DNA of 56,873 bases from Candidatus Nanoarchaeia archaeon (GCA_041659245.1 JBAZYQ010000003.1:1-56873); one strand, 5' to 3'; counted from the stretch's first letter, positions 33,673-43,786 are shown. Translations and numbers: made by a program. The notes: generated from the sequence alone by a model not told the origin.

Positions 33673-34965
33673 ATGTTTATCTCAATTCAGGATGCGATGA
33701 AGCAGGGTTCCGGCTTAGTCTCAATAAGGGGCTGGGTTTACAGGGAAAGGAAGTCAAAGGAATTGGCTTTTATTGTATTAAGAGATTCTTCTAACATTAT
33801 TCAGTGCGTTGTGAAGAAAGGCAATGTATCAGAGAAGGAATGGGCTGATGCTGAAAAAGTCCTGATTGAAAGCTCTGCTGAAATAGAGGGAGAAATCAAG
33901 GAAGACAAGAGAGCCCCTACCGGCTATGAGATTTCTGTGAAAAAGATAAACGTGATTCATTTTGCAGACGTGTTTCCAATCAACAAGGACCAGAGCACTG
34001 AGTTTCTTGCAGATAACAGGCATTTGTGGCTTCGTTCAAGAAAGATGACTGCAATTCTTAAAATAAGAAGCACTGTGTTTGGCGCAATTCACGAGTATTT
34101 CAGGAGCAACGGCTTTTACGAATACCAATCACCAATATTCCAGGGCGTGCAGTGCGAGGGCGGCTCGACATTATTTTCAGTTAATTACTTTGGAAAGCCT
34201 GTGTTTCTTGCGCAGACATGGCAGCTGTATGCAGAGCCTGCGATATTTGCATTGGAAAAAATCTATTGCATTGCGCCGTCATTCAGGGCAGAGAAATCAA
34301 AAACATCAAGGCATCTGACAGAATACTGGCACGCTGAGATGGAAGCTGCGTGGGCATCTTTTGCAGACATTCAGAATCATGCAGAAGGAGTTATGAAATT
34401 TGCATTGAATAAAGTGCTTGAGAATAATTTTGAAGAATTAAAGATTCTTGAAAGAAATGTTGAGAAATTAAAGCCTGCTGCCGAGAAGCCGTTCCCCAGA
34501 ATTACATATACTAATGCATTAAATATTTTGAAAGAGAAGAACAAGATGGATATTGAGTGGGGCAAGGACTTGAGAACAATTGAAGAGGATGAATTGGTTA
34601 AGAATTTTGACACTCCTGTTATTGTCACGCATTATCCAAAGATTGTGAAAGCATTTTATATGAAAGAGGATCCTACGAATCCGGAAGTAGTTTTTGGCTG
34701 CGATGTATTGGCACCTGAAGGATACGGGGAGATAATTGGCGGCTCTGAGAGAGAGCCTGATTTGGAAAAAATTAAGCAAAGGCTTGTTGACCAGGGAGAA
34801 GACCCTTCGCAGTATGAATTCTATTTGGATACAAGAAAGTACGGCAGCGTGCCTCACGGCGGATTTGGCATGGGCGTTGAGAGATTGGTTTCCTGGATTT
34901 GCGGGCTTGAGAGCATAAAGGACGCAATCCCTTTCCCGAGGACAATGCTGAGATATAAGCCGTAA
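33673..34965 (+). CDS. asnS: asparaginyl-tRNA synthetase
   Basis: Class IIb motifs: FRAEKSKTSRHLTEYWHAEMEAAW (AsnRS-type KSKT..RHL.E.W) and GGSEREPD...YGSVPHGGFGMGVERLV. The track start at 33607 spans the terminator and TATA box. Confidence 0.75.
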   Translation: MFISIQDAMKQGSGLVSIRGWVYRERKSKELAFIVLRDSSNIIQCVVKKGNVSEKEWADAEKVLIESSAEIEGEIKEDKRAPTGYEISVKKINVIHFADVFPINKDQSTEFLADNRHLWLRSRKMTAILKIRSTVFGAIHEYFRSNGFYEYQSPIFQGVQCEGGSTLFSVNYFGKPVFLAQTWQLYAEPAIFALEKIYCIAPSFRAEKSKTSRHLTEYWHAEMEAAWASFADIQNHAEGVMKFALNKVLENNFEELKILERNVEKLKPAAEKPFPRITYTNALNILKEKNKMDIEWGKDLRTIEEDELVKNFDTPVIVTHYPKIVKAFYMKEDPTNPEVVFGCDVLAPEGYGEIIGGSEREPDLEKIKQRLVDQGEDPSQYEFYLDTRKYGSVPHGGFGMGVERLVSWICGLESIKDAIPFPRTMLRYKP

Positions 34966-35056
34966 CAATATATTCTAACTCTTTCCAATTAAACATTTAA
35001 ATAAAATAGCAAAAACAATAAAAACAAAATAATAATACCAAAGGCTGGCTTTACAC

Positions 35057-35072
35057 TATATATATATATATA
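35057..35072. repeat. (TA)8 microsatellite
   Basis: TATATATATATATATA lies between the asnS terminator motif and the stop of the minus-strand 91-aa gene. Confidence 0.9.
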
Positions 35073-35075
35073 TTA

Positions 35076-35351
35076 CTATGCGCTGCAGCAGCACGAGCAT
35101 CCGCCTGATGCCTTGTACACTTCAAACCCTGCTTTCACAGGCTTGTCTGTCTTCATGCCGATTTCCATGCCTGCTTTTGCTTCAGGTATTTCCTTGTGCT
35201 CAACCTGCATTGAAACAACAACCTGCTCAAATTGCTCATCGCCGTGCTTGAATTTTATTTTCTCTCCTTTCTTCAGCCCGTGCGCCAATTTAATTACGCA
35301 GACACTTATTTTCGGAAAAAAGTGCGTTACTGTTCCTATTAATTCTCCCAT
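35076..35351 (-). CDS. EF-Tu-domain-2-like beta-barrel protein with Cys-rich tail
   Basis: GTVTHFFPKISVCVIKLAHGLKKGEKIKF...VSMQVEHKEIPEAKAGMEIGMK resembles the translation-factor domain II barrel. The C-terminus is GGCSCCCSA. Confidence 0.5.
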   Translation of the reverse strand: MGELIGTVTHFFPKISVCVIKLAHGLKKGEKIKFKHGDEQFEQVVVSMQVEHKEIPEAKAGMEIGMKTDKPVKAGFEVYKASGGCSCCCSA

Positions 35352-35601
35352 ATTCAGTACCTCCTGATTTTATGATTAGTGTTAAACTTCAAGTGCTAAC
35401 ACGCTCATTAATGGCTATAACCTATGAATATTTAATTTTTTCCATAAATCTATATACTGGAATATATATTTTGCAGTATAGCTTTATTTAAAAAGAGAAA
35501 TAACCCCTTTATAGAAAGCATATTTACATAGAGTTGGGAATAGAGGCGTGGATTGGGAAGTCCATGCTTGATAAATAATAAAACAAAGAGGTGTTTGAAA
35601 C

Positions 35602-37566
35602 ATGAAACAAGGAAAATTTTTACCAGGATTATTAATAATCGGCGCGATATTGGTTGCTATTTTTGCTGTATATACTTTTGCAGGAATTTTGTCTGTAACG
35701 CAGAATTCTCCTGCTGCTGTTAATTGGTCTTCGTCAAGGAATAATACATTTAGCTGCACTCCTGTGACAGATGCAGAAGAAACAGATGTGGCAAATATAA
35801 GTTTGCAATTAGGTACGACTGCTGCAAAATTTGCTTTAATAAATGCTTCTAATATAAGCAGGGCAGCGAATGCTACTGCATATATATTTACAGTGTCAAA
35901 TATGCCTGACGGCAATTATACCTGGTCATGCCGTGCTTCAAACGCTTCCGGTAATACAACTCTTGCTTTGACAAATAGGACATTTTATGTAGACACTGCA
36001 AAGCCAGTTATAACCTTAAACAATAGTGCAATATTAGCCAACGGCTTTAATACTACTGCACTAAATATTACTTTTAACTGGACTGCAACTGATAATCTGG
36101 CTCTTGCATTTTATTGTAACTTTACACTTGACGGCAAAGTTAATAATACCGGAGGCAATACGTCAGGAATATTGGTTTCGAGCGGTGCATTGGTAAATGT
36201 GGATATATTAGATATTCCCGACGGAACACACTACTGGAACGTAACCTGCTGGGATCCGACGAATGCAACATCAAACAGGAATACGTCTGAAACAAGAAGG
36301 TTTACTGTAGATAATGTTAAGCCAAGTAACATAGCACCAAATACAGCAAACAACACAAACTTCAGTTCAAGCACAGTAACTATTAACTGGACAGCAACTG
36401 ATGCAACAAGCAGTGTTGTGAACTGCAGTTTGGTTGTTGACGGTGTTAGAAACTTGACAGGGTTGTATACAGCAAGCCCAACAGGCGCAACAGTGACAAG
36501 TCAGAGCGTGTTAGGGCTTTCAGGAGAGTGGCATACGTGGTATGTTAACTGCACTGACATGGCTGGAAATGCTAATACAACCGGCTCTTTGTCGCCTTCG
36601 ATGAATGCATTCTATGTTGATCTGACAGACCCAGTGCCAACATTGGTTCTTTCATCTACATCAATTAATGTACGTGCTACTGAAACCATAACATGTTCTG
36701 CAACTGATACCAGAGATGTGTCATCATCTACAAGTTTTACAGTGAAACTGCCTAATGGACTTTACTCAAATGATCTTGATGACAGTAATTTTGAAGACAC
36801 AAGTATTATAGGAACTTATACTGTAGCTTGTACCGCAACTGATAATTCAGGGAGAACTGCAATAGATACAGAAACATTTACTGTAAGTTCTGGAGAAGTT
36901 TCTGGTGGCTCAAGCAGCGGTTCATCATCATCATCAACTGCATCATCAAGCACTACATTATCTGTATCGCCTGATGTTCCCGGAATCGTGACTGTGAGCA
37001 ATTCAAACATTGCAGTTAATCAGGTTGCATTGGATGTAAGTGAAGCAGCATCCGGAGTAAAGATTACTGTGGCTGCAGTTAATACACTGCCTTCAACCAC
37101 GCCTGCTTCAGAAGGCACAGTATACAAGTATGTGCAGATTACAAAGACAAACCTGGATGATGCAAAATTAAGCAGCGCAAAGATTGGCTTCTTTGTGACA
37201 AAAGCATGGCTTACTGAGAAAGGGCTTGACTCATCTGCTGTTGAATTAAAGAGATATACAACACAGTGGATATCACTGCCTACAATCGTGAAGTCATCTG
37301 ATGCAACAAAAGTTTACTTTGAAGCAACAACGCCAGGATTCAGCTACTTCGCAATCAGTGTGAAAGAAGCAGCAGAAACGCCCGTAGAGGAAGCGCCTGT
37401 TGAAGAAGCTCCTGCAGAGGAAGCGCCTGTTGAAGAAGCTCCTGCAGAAGAAGCGCCTGTTGAACCGGTTGCCGAGAAGAGCAATACATGGATGTTTGTG
37501 CTTCTTGGATTGGTTGTAGTAGGCGTTATTGTAGCGCTTGTTGTGATGAAAAAGAAGAAGAAATAA
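35602..37566 (+). CDS. surface glycoprotein with Ig-like repeats, PGF-pre-PGF domain and C-terminal TM anchor
   Basis: N-terminal TM/signal segment and very dense N-x-S/T sequons. VYKYVQITKTN...LKRYTTQWISLPT...TTPGFSYFAISV is the PGF-pre-PGF signature. A PVEEAPAEEA linker, a TM segment and KKKKK follow. Confidence 0.65.
   Translation: MKQGKFLPGLLIIGAILVAIFAVYTFAGILSVTQNSPAAVNWSSSRNNTFSCTPVTDAEETDVANISLQLGTTAAKFALINASNISRAANATAYIFTVSNMPDGNYTWSCRASNASGNTTLALTNRTFYVDTAKPVITLNNSAILANGFNTTALNITFNWTATDNLALAFYCNFTLDGKVNNTGGNTSGILVSSGALVNVDILDIPDGTHYWNVTCWDPTNATSNRNTSETRRFTVDNVKPSNIAPNTANNTNFSSSTVTINWTATDATSSVVNCSLVVDGVRNLTGLYTASPTGATVTSQSVLGLSGEWHTWYVNCTDMAGNANTTGSLSPSMNAFYVDLTDPVPTLVLSSTSINVRATETITCSATDTRDVSSSTSFTVKLPNGLYSNDLDDSNFEDTSIIGTYTVACTATDNSGRTAIDTETFTVSSGEVSGGSSSGSSSSSTASSSTTLSVSPDVPGIVTVSNSNIAVNQVALDVSEAASGVKITVAAVNTLPSTTPASEGTVYKYVQITKTNLDDAKLSSAKIGFFVTKAWLTEKGLDSSAVELKRYTTQWISLPTIVKSSDATKVYFEATTPGFSYFAISVKEAAETPVEEAPVEEAPAEEAPVEEAPAEEAPVEPVAEKSNTWMFVLLGLVVVGVIVALVVMKKKKK
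37387..37466 (+). repeat. 30-bp tandem repeat (2.7 copies) encoding the EEAPVEEAPA linker
   Basis: GAGGAAGCGCCTGTTGAAGAAGCTCCTGCA occurs twice, plus a partial third copy, inside the CDS. Confidence 0.85.
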
Positions 37567-37567
37567 A

Positions 37568-37610
37568 TCTTCTTTTTTTCTTTTATTTTTTAATTCTTTT
37601 ATTGTTTTTT
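37568..37610 (+). terminator. oligo-T terminator region
   Basis: Several T5-T7 tracts lie immediately after the stop at 37566. Confidence 0.4.
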
Positions 37611-37715
37611 AATGTGCAGCCAGTTAGTTGTTTTATTTAAGGGAATTTAGGGCTTAATGGCTTTCAGCAGTCTGCAAGCAAAAGGTTTTTAATACTTTAA
37701 TGCTAATGAGGAGTT

Positions 37716-38276
37716 ATGCTTGATAAAATAAGCGGAATTCACGGGTTGAAAGAGAAGCTTGAGCTTGTTGAGAAGAAATTGTATGAGCTTGAAGCGCAGA
37801 TGGAAAATCATCATAATGCCGTAATCTCTGCCTTGCAAAAAGAAATGGAAGAAATCAAGCATTCGCAGCACGGCTATGTTGAATCATTCTCAAAGGATTT
37901 AGAGAAGATTAAGGACTTGCAAAAGGAATTTGAAAAGGCTTTGAGGACATTCCAGCAGAATCACACGCAGCTTTATGACTCTATTTACACAAAACTGCAT
38001 AATGAGGTTAAGGAGCATATCATTCCTCTAAAAGACGTTGTAAATGAGTTTAATGCGCTTAAGCCTGAGGCAAAGAAGCTGATTGAATCATTCGGGCTTG
38101 CAAATCAGGGCATTGCAAAGCTCAATGCTGTTGCGCAGGGCATTAAGAAAGAGGATTTTGAGCTTAAGGAGTATGCAAAGGAGCTTTTGAAGGCAGACTC
38201 TGAGAAACTGCGCCTGATGAAAGAGATAGAAACACTTAAAAAGATAATCTCTTTTGAAAGACGAAGGCAGAGATAG
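37716..38276 (+). CDS. coiled-coil protein
   Basis: 186 aa with heptad-like Lys/Glu/Leu-rich sequence throughout. GAGGAG SD. Confidence 0.5.
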   Translation: MLDKISGIHGLKEKLELVEKKLYELEAQMENHHNAVISALQKEMEEIKHSQHGYVESFSKDLEKIKDLQKEFEKALRTFQQNHTQLYDSIYTKLHNEVKEHIIPLKDVVNEFNALKPEAKKLIESFGLANQGIAKLNAVAQGIKKEDFELKEYAKELLKADSEKLRLMKEIETLKKIISFERRRQR

Positions 38277-38293
38277 GAAATCTATTTATGGTT

Positions 38294-38335
38294 TGCGAGC
38301 CTTTGGCGAAGTGAACCTTCGAACGATAGTGAGAA
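38294..38335 (+). repeat. repeat U (TGCGAGC...GTGA..TTCGAA....AGTGAGAA), immediately 5' of tRNA-Pro
   Basis: Matches the reverse complement of 38954-38991 block for block. Its 3' part matches 38459-38488. Confidence 0.7.
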
Positions 38336-38336
38336 T

Positions 38337-38409
38337 GGGATCGTAGTCTAGTCTGGTAGGACTCAAGGTTCGGGGCCTTGTAACCGGGGTTCAAATCCTC
38401 GCGATCTCA
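38337..38409 (+). tRNA. tRNA-Pro (anticodon CGG)
   Basis: Hand fold. Acceptor GGGATCG/CGATCTC (one G-U pair), D stem GTCT/GGAC, anticodon stem CAAGG/CCTTG with loop TTCGGGG, T arm CGGGG-TTCAAAT-CCTCG, discriminator A. No encoded CCA. A T6 tract follows. Confidence 0.85.
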
Positions 38410-38458
38410 TTTTTTAATTCTAATTACAGATACTCTAAGTAATAATGCTAAAATTAAA

Positions 38459-38488
38459 GCTATCGTGAGGCTTCGAACGAAGTGAGAT
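38459..38488 (+). repeat. repeat D (partial direct copy of U)
   Basis: GCTATCGTGAGGCTTCGAACGAAGTGAGAT. Lies about 20-50 nt upstream of the TATA-like box (38509-38520) of the wHTH gene. Confidence 0.65.
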
Positions 38489-38543
38489 TGCCTCGCGCTC
38501 CATTTCAGTAAATTATTTAAGCTCTGCACTGCATTCTATTCAT

Positions 38544-38942
38544 ATGGCTTTAAAGAAAATCACTATATACAGGCTTCAAAGGCCGAAAGCCCCTGATGTT
38601 AACAAGCAGGTCATGTGGTTCTCTGGCACAATGGGGCTTTTCACATGCAGGGACAAGAGCAAATCTTGTTATAGGATATTTCTTGAATTATTAAAAGCTG
38701 CAAAGCACGGCAAGGCGCTTTCAAGCGACGAGATTGCATACAGGCTTCATCTTTCAAGGGGCGCTGTTGTGCATCATTTGAACAATCTCATTGATTCAGG
38801 CTTGGTTATAGCTCAGAAGAACACATATTCATTAAGGGAAGCAAGCCTTGATGTTCTTGTAAAAGACCTTAAGAAAGAAATGGATGAAATGTTTGCTGAG
38901 ATGAATTCTGTCGCAGAAGAGATAGACAGGGCGCTGGATTAG
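38544..38942 (+). CDS. wHTH transcriptional regulator (ArsR/MarR-like)
   Basis: SSDEIAYRLHLSRGAVVHHLNNLIDSGLVI is an HTH plus wing. Leaderless-type spacing to the upstream A/T box. Confidence 0.6.
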   Translation: MALKKITIYRLQRPKAPDVNKQVMWFSGTMGLFTCRDKSKSCYRIFLELLKAAKHGKALSSDEIAYRLHLSRGAVVHHLNNLIDSGLVIAQKNTYSLREASLDVLVKDLKKEMDEMFAEMNSVAEEIDRALD

Positions 38943-38953
38943 AAAGCCGGGAT

Positions 38954-38991
38954 TTCTCACTCCCATTCGAATCTCCACTCGCAAGCTCGCA
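38954..38991 (-). repeat. repeat I (inverted copy of U)
   Basis: The reverse complement reads TGCGAGCTTGCGAGTGGAGATTCGAATGGGAGTGAGAA. Starts 12 nt after the wHTH stop. Confidence 0.7.
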
Positions 38992-39143
38992 GAGCGCCGC
39001 CATTAAATAAATTAAGAGACTATTTTTAAAAAATAAATATAATTGCAATAAACACTGGAGAAAGGATATCACCTTGCAGTTAAGTTTATATAGAAATCGA
39101 GCTTATAATTGTATTAGCTATCGGTTGGAAAGAGGTGTATTGT

Positions 39144-42100
39144 ATGAAATTTATAATTAGTCTAGATAATAGGGGTGCGCTGAAGCGCGGTTTCAGTGTT
39201 ATTGCAATTGTAATGTTCGTGTTTGCCGTATTTATGGCAAGTTATGCTCTTTCTGAAACCAGTGTTTATGATAAGGTTTCTACCGGAGACTATATTGATA
39301 CGGGGCTTGACAAGACAAAAGGAATTTCAATGGACTTTGTTGAGAAAGGGCTTACGCACAAGGTTTTGGAGTTTGATATAGCTTCTGAGATTTCTTCGCA
39401 GGACATACAATTGCTTATCGCAGAGAACAATTTTGACGCAAAAGAAGGCTCTTTAACAAAACTTAACATTGTTTCAAAGGAAGAGCAGGTTTATGAGGCT
39501 ATTTGCAATCCCTATAATCTTGAAGACCCTGTTAATCACAGCGTAAATACCGTGCAGAATTGCACTGCAATTCAAACAGGCACGAAAACAGTTTATGAGA
39601 ACCAGTGGCTGCCTGTTGAGATGAAGGCAGCTGAGAAAGCTGATACTGCTTCTTTATCCACATTTAATATCCTTGGAAAAGGCAAGTATAGATATTCTTT
39701 TGATACTCCCATTATCCAAACAGCCGGCGGCTGGGGCAATACAGGAACAGTGTTTCTGAAAGTGGGAAGCGACTTGTTTGCTGACAAGCAGCATAGCAGC
39801 TGGTGGAATTTTGATTTTCCAAACAGGAAAGCAATACAAATTAATGCTTCTGCTGAAATGATAAGAAAATGGTATACAGCAGAAGTCAGTGGATTTGATA
39901 CAACAAACAATGCAAAATTCAATCAAACAAACCCAAATAATTTTGCAGTCGTATGTGATGAAACAGAAGTTGATAAGCTAATAGGCAATACAACTGATTT
40001 GAAATCATCGGGCAATACAATGAAATATCCTGCTTCCACTGGCTGGGGAACAACAAATACTACCTTCCTGTTTAGAATTTTGCAGAATGTTACTGGCATA
40101 AATAATACACTTTGCTATATCTATTACGGAGGTAGCTTAGATTATAGCTCAACAATGAATAACAAAAGTAATATAGCACTTTTTTATGATGATTTTGATA
40201 GGGCTGACAGTGCTACTGTTGGCGAGAGGTGGGTTGAAAACGAGGGGCAAGATGGCGGGACAATTAAAAACAACCGATTTTTATGCCCGTCTGCTACTTG
40301 CCATATGGTTTCTACGTTGGATACAGGCAATTGTTCTGACTGTGAAAGATATTCTATAGAAACAACATATTCACAAAGTGGGAATGATAATGGTTGTAAC
40401 TGGGGTGGATTTTTAGATACATCCGAATTTTGCGGTTATGGCAGATGTGCAGGTTCAAAAGGAGTAGCCATTGCATCATATCCAAATGCCAAAGGTGGAA
40501 AAAATATTTATGCGGCAGATAATATATTAGATACATCATTTAAAAGAACAACTTTAGGAACAGATATATCATTAAGCACAAATTATACATTTAAGGTTGA
40601 GGCTATAGATGATAGTGTCGGAGAATATTATAATATGTACCAAGACGGAAGTAGAGCAACATGGGCTACAACAAATGGAACTTCAGCACAAACAGGATTT
40701 AAAACAACAGTGAAATTTATAGAATATAATGGTTGGACAGGAAATACTTATATGGATTATCTTTATATAACGAGGTATATGGCTAATCTGCCAACAATCG
40801 TTCTTGGCTCAGAGGAAACTTCAAACACAGCACCAGCAGTGAACATAAGCACCATATTACCAACAACAGCATACACAAACGACGACTTAAACTGCTCTTT
40901 CACAGTTACTGATGCAGAGCAAACAGAATTGACTGCAAATGTTTCGTGGTACAAGGATGAGATATTACATTTTTCGTTTGTCATTCCTGTATCAAGCGGC
41001 GCTTCTGCAAGCAATATGCTGCATAACTTGAATACAACAAAAGGCGAGACATGGAACTGTTCTGTAATTGCTTATGATGGGGAGTTGTATTCAAACGTAT
41101 CAAGCACAGTTAGAGTAGTAAGCAATTCTGAGCCTGTTATTGACAGCTATAATGTAAGCAGTCTGAACAGGACAGATGTCGAATACACTGCAAATGTAAC
41201 ATATCGGGAAAATGAGACAATACGCTTTGCAATTGAAATTACTGATGCAGATAATGATGAAGTGTGGTATTCCTGGTTTGTGGACAGTATTTTCCAAACC
41301 CTTACACAAAGTTCATGGTTTGACTATGCATGGGGCTGGCTGTCTTCAGATCTGCACACTGTAAGGGTTGATGTGAATGACAGCGATAATGCAATAACAA
41401 CGCAGGCGTGGAATGTGGATATAGCAAACGTGCCGAACATATTCTGGACTATCGGGTTTGTGTTTCCGACGCCCGCAGATGAAGAGATATTGTCTTCAGA
41501 TGCTGTAAACATATCAGTGCAAATAACTCCCAGAGTTGCTGTTGAAGGAGAAAGCGCAGAGATTTTTAACAATGCAACGGACTTCACAGGCACGTTTGAA
41601 AACACGCAGCTGAATGCAACATCAAAAGCAATACAGCTTACATACCCGCAGACTACGGGTTCTTATACCTCTCCGGTGTATGACGCAGGAGAAGCAATTG
41701 TATGGGACAATATAAGGTGGAGCGAGTTTATTCCGACAGACGGGGAATTAGAGGCACAGTCTGGTTTAGTTGGTGCATGGCACATGAATGAGGGGACAGG
41801 GGATATTATGGATTCTTCCGGTGAAGGGAATAACGGCGCAGCTTATGGGAATGTTGTATATGGAGTAAATGGCACTTTTAGCACAGCTTTGCAGTTTGCA
41901 GAAGAAGGTTATGTAACATTGCCTGATGCAAACAGCCTGGATTTGACAAACAATCTGACAATACAGGCATGGATAAAAACTTCAACACCAAATAGGGGAA
42001 TTTTGTTCAAAGGAGTTGATGGTACATATGGCGATTATGCAATAGGGCTTAATAGTGTTGGAAGAATGACTTTATACTTTAGAAATGTGCTTGTTGCAAC

Positions 42101-43766
42101 AGGCACAGGCTCTTCATTAGCGAATAACAATTGGCACCATGTTGCAGCCACCTATAACGGAATCAATGTAAAGCTGTATGTGGATGGTACTTTGCAGACT
42201 ACAAATGCCTATACAAATACATTGAATCAAAGCATGGAACCATTGAGGATAGGTTATTACCACGACACTGCCGCGCGCAACTTTGATGGCGTTATAGATG
42301 AAGTGGGCATATGGAACTATGCTCTGAACTCAACACAGGTTTTGAAGCAGTACAATGCAAAGCTGGTTAATTTAACATTCCAGGTAAAGATGTGTGATGA
42401 TGCATCTTGTGTTGGGGAATCTTTTACAGGGCCTTTGGGTGCTTCAAGCTATTACTCTGGCGAAAGCGGAGAAACGCTGAATACAGCAAACAACAGGTAT
42501 CTGCAGTATAAGGCATTCTTTGAGACAAACAAGGCCAATTTAACTGCATCACTGTATAACGTGACGTTTGCAGCGCATACAGAGCCGGTGTATGAGAATG
42601 TGTCTATTACCAATGTCTGGCTCAGCATGAACGGCGCGAACACAAGCATGTCTGGCTCTGGCTACAATTGGAACTATGTGAATAGTTCACTGCTTGTTGG
42701 CTCGTATACCTACAAAGTGTATGCAAATGACTCTTACGGCAACGTGAACGTGACTGAGACGAGGAGCTTTAGTGTTCCGTCTTATAATATCACGTTTAAC
42801 GTGACGAGCGGAGAGGATGGGAGCGTAAAGAATAATGTAGTGATTACGTGCGACTACTCTGGTTTCGGTCAAGGTGGGGATACGACGAACATGTATGGGT
42901 CTTATGCATTCCCCGTGGGTAGCTGGAGTTGTACGTTTGAATTGGCTGGATTTTATTCTAAAACTAAGATATTTACGGCAGACGCAGATAAGGCTATTAA
43001 TGTTGGGATAGAAGAAGAATTTAGTTTGACCAATCAAGAGCACGATTGGTTAGCATCTCTCTATAATTGCGTAATAACTGGAGACTGCACAGCATATAAT
43101 CTGTTGCAAACAATAAATAGAACCACAGCCAAAATATGGCAGCAATACCTACCAACAGACGAAAATGTAGTATTACAGGAAGACACATTAAGTAGCGTAT
43201 TAACAGCAACGAACGACATCAGCATCAACTACACGATAGCAGTGCCATACAAGGAGAGTTATGCGATTGATGCTTCATTACCTATAATGATTTCGTTCTG
43301 GTTTACAGGCGCTGAAGGAAAATGCTACAATCAGGACAAACAGACAGATGGCAATAGGGCTGAAAGCCCATACTGCATACCACTGATTGCAGAATATTTA
43401 GGACCAAACAACGGAACAATCAGTTTTAAGGTGGATTTGCACCCCAACCTTGCAGATGGGACTTACAATATTGTGAGAAGCATTGACATTGACCCGCCTG
43501 TGAACGGGAAACCAGTATGGATAAATCATGGGAGAGACATAATTGGGACAATTACTGCAAATAACGCAGTAAAATCATCTGAAAGTATCGAACCTGCAAC
43601 AGTAGACGGAAAGGTGCCCCCTTCCCCTTCTTTAAATCCTATAACTGGCATGGCGGTCAGTGATGCAAACAATGTGAACATATCTTTAGCTAAGTCTACA
43701 TTGATAGGATTAGCGATGATGTGTATTACAATATTAGGCATGGCTTACCTGCGGAAAAAGCCATAA
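39144..43766 (+). CDS. giant surface protein with LamG (concanavalin-like) domain and C-terminal TM anchor
   Basis: N-terminal TM segment. LDLTNNLTIQAWIKT...NNNWHHVAATYNGINVKLYVDG...FDGVIDEVGIWNYAL is a Laminin-G_3-type signature. Dense N-x-S/T sequons. Terminal LIGLAMMCITILGMAYLRKKP. ATG 39144 follows GAGGTG. Confidence 0.65.
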   Translation: MKFIISLDNRGALKRGFSVIAIVMFVFAVFMASYALSETSVYDKVSTGDYIDTGLDKTKGISMDFVEKGLTHKVLEFDIASEISSQDIQLLIAENNFDAKEGSLTKLNIVSKEEQVYEAICNPYNLEDPVNHSVNTVQNCTAIQTGTKTVYENQWLPVEMKAAEKADTASLSTFNILGKGKYRYSFDTPIIQTAGGWGNTGTVFLKVGSDLFADKQHSSWWNFDFPNRKAIQINASAEMIRKWYTAEVSGFDTTNNAKFNQTNPNNFAVVCDETEVDKLIGNTTDLKSSGNTMKYPASTGWGTTNTTFLFRILQNVTGINNTLCYIYYGGSLDYSSTMNNKSNIALFYDDFDRADSATVGERWVENEGQDGGTIKNNRFLCPSATCHMVSTLDTGNCSDCERYSIETTYSQSGNDNGCNWGGFLDTSEFCGYGRCAGSKGVAIASYPNAKGGKNIYAADNILDTSFKRTTLGTDISLSTNYTFKVEAIDDSVGEYYNMYQDGSRATWATTNGTSAQTGFKTTVKFIEYNGWTGNTYMDYLYITRYMANLPTIVLGSEETSNTAPAVNISTILPTTAYTNDDLNCSFTVTDAEQTELTANVSWYKDEILHFSFVIPVSSGASASNMLHNLNTTKGETWNCSVIAYDGELYSNVSSTVRVVSNSEPVIDSYNVSSLNRTDVEYTANVTYRENETIRFAIEITDADNDEVWYSWFVDSIFQTLTQSSWFDYAWGWLSSDLHTVRVDVNDSDNAITTQAWNVDIANVPNIFWTIGFVFPTPADEEILSSDAVNISVQITPRVAVEGESAEIFNNATDFTGTFENTQLNATSKAIQLTYPQTTGSYTSPVYDAGEAIVWDNIRWSEFIPTDGELEAQSGLVGAWHMNEGTGDIMDSSGEGNNGAAYGNVVYGVNGTFSTALQFAEEGYVTLPDANSLDLTNNLTIQAWIKTSTPNRGILFKGVDGTYGDYAIGLNSVGRMTLYFRNVLVATGTGSSLANNNWHHVAATYNGINVKLYVDGTLQTTNAYTNTLNQSMEPLRIGYYHDTAARNFDGVIDEVGIWNYALNSTQVLKQYNAKLVNLTFQVKMCDDASCVGESFTGPLGASSYYSGESGETLNTANNRYLQYKAFFETNKANLTASLYNVTFAAHTEPVYENVSITNVWLSMNGANTSMSGSGYNWNYVNSSLLVGSYTYKVYANDSYGNVNVTETRSFSVPSYNITFNVTSGEDGSVKNNVVITCDYSGFGQGGDTTNMYGSYAFPVGSWSCTFELAGFYSKTKIFTADADKAINVGIEEEFSLTNQEHDWLASLYNCVITGDCTAYNLLQTINRTTAKIWQQYLPTDENVVLQEDTLSSVLTATNDISINYTIAVPYKESYAIDASLPIMISFWFTGAEGKCYNQDKQTDGNRAESPYCIPLIAEYLGPNNGTISFKVDLHPNLADGTYNIVRSIDIDPPVNGKPVWINHGRDIIGTITANNAVKSSESIEPATVDGKVPPSPSLNPITGMAVSDANNVNISLAKSTLIGLAMMCITILGMAYLRKKP

Positions 43767-43786
43767 TCGAACTTGAGGGTAGAGAG

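Noticed and set aside
35484-35915. 143-aa minus-strand ORF overlapping the start of the 654-aa surface protein
   Set aside because: It is antisense to the signal peptide and first repeats of a strongly supported gene, and it would run through that gene's promoter and SD region.
37387-37466. 30-bp tandem repeats considered as a CRISPR-like or regulatory array
   Set aside because: The repeats are contiguous with no spacers, in frame, and encode the Pro/Glu/Ala linker before the TM anchor of the surface protein. No regularly spaced repeat-spacer array was seen anywhere in the window.
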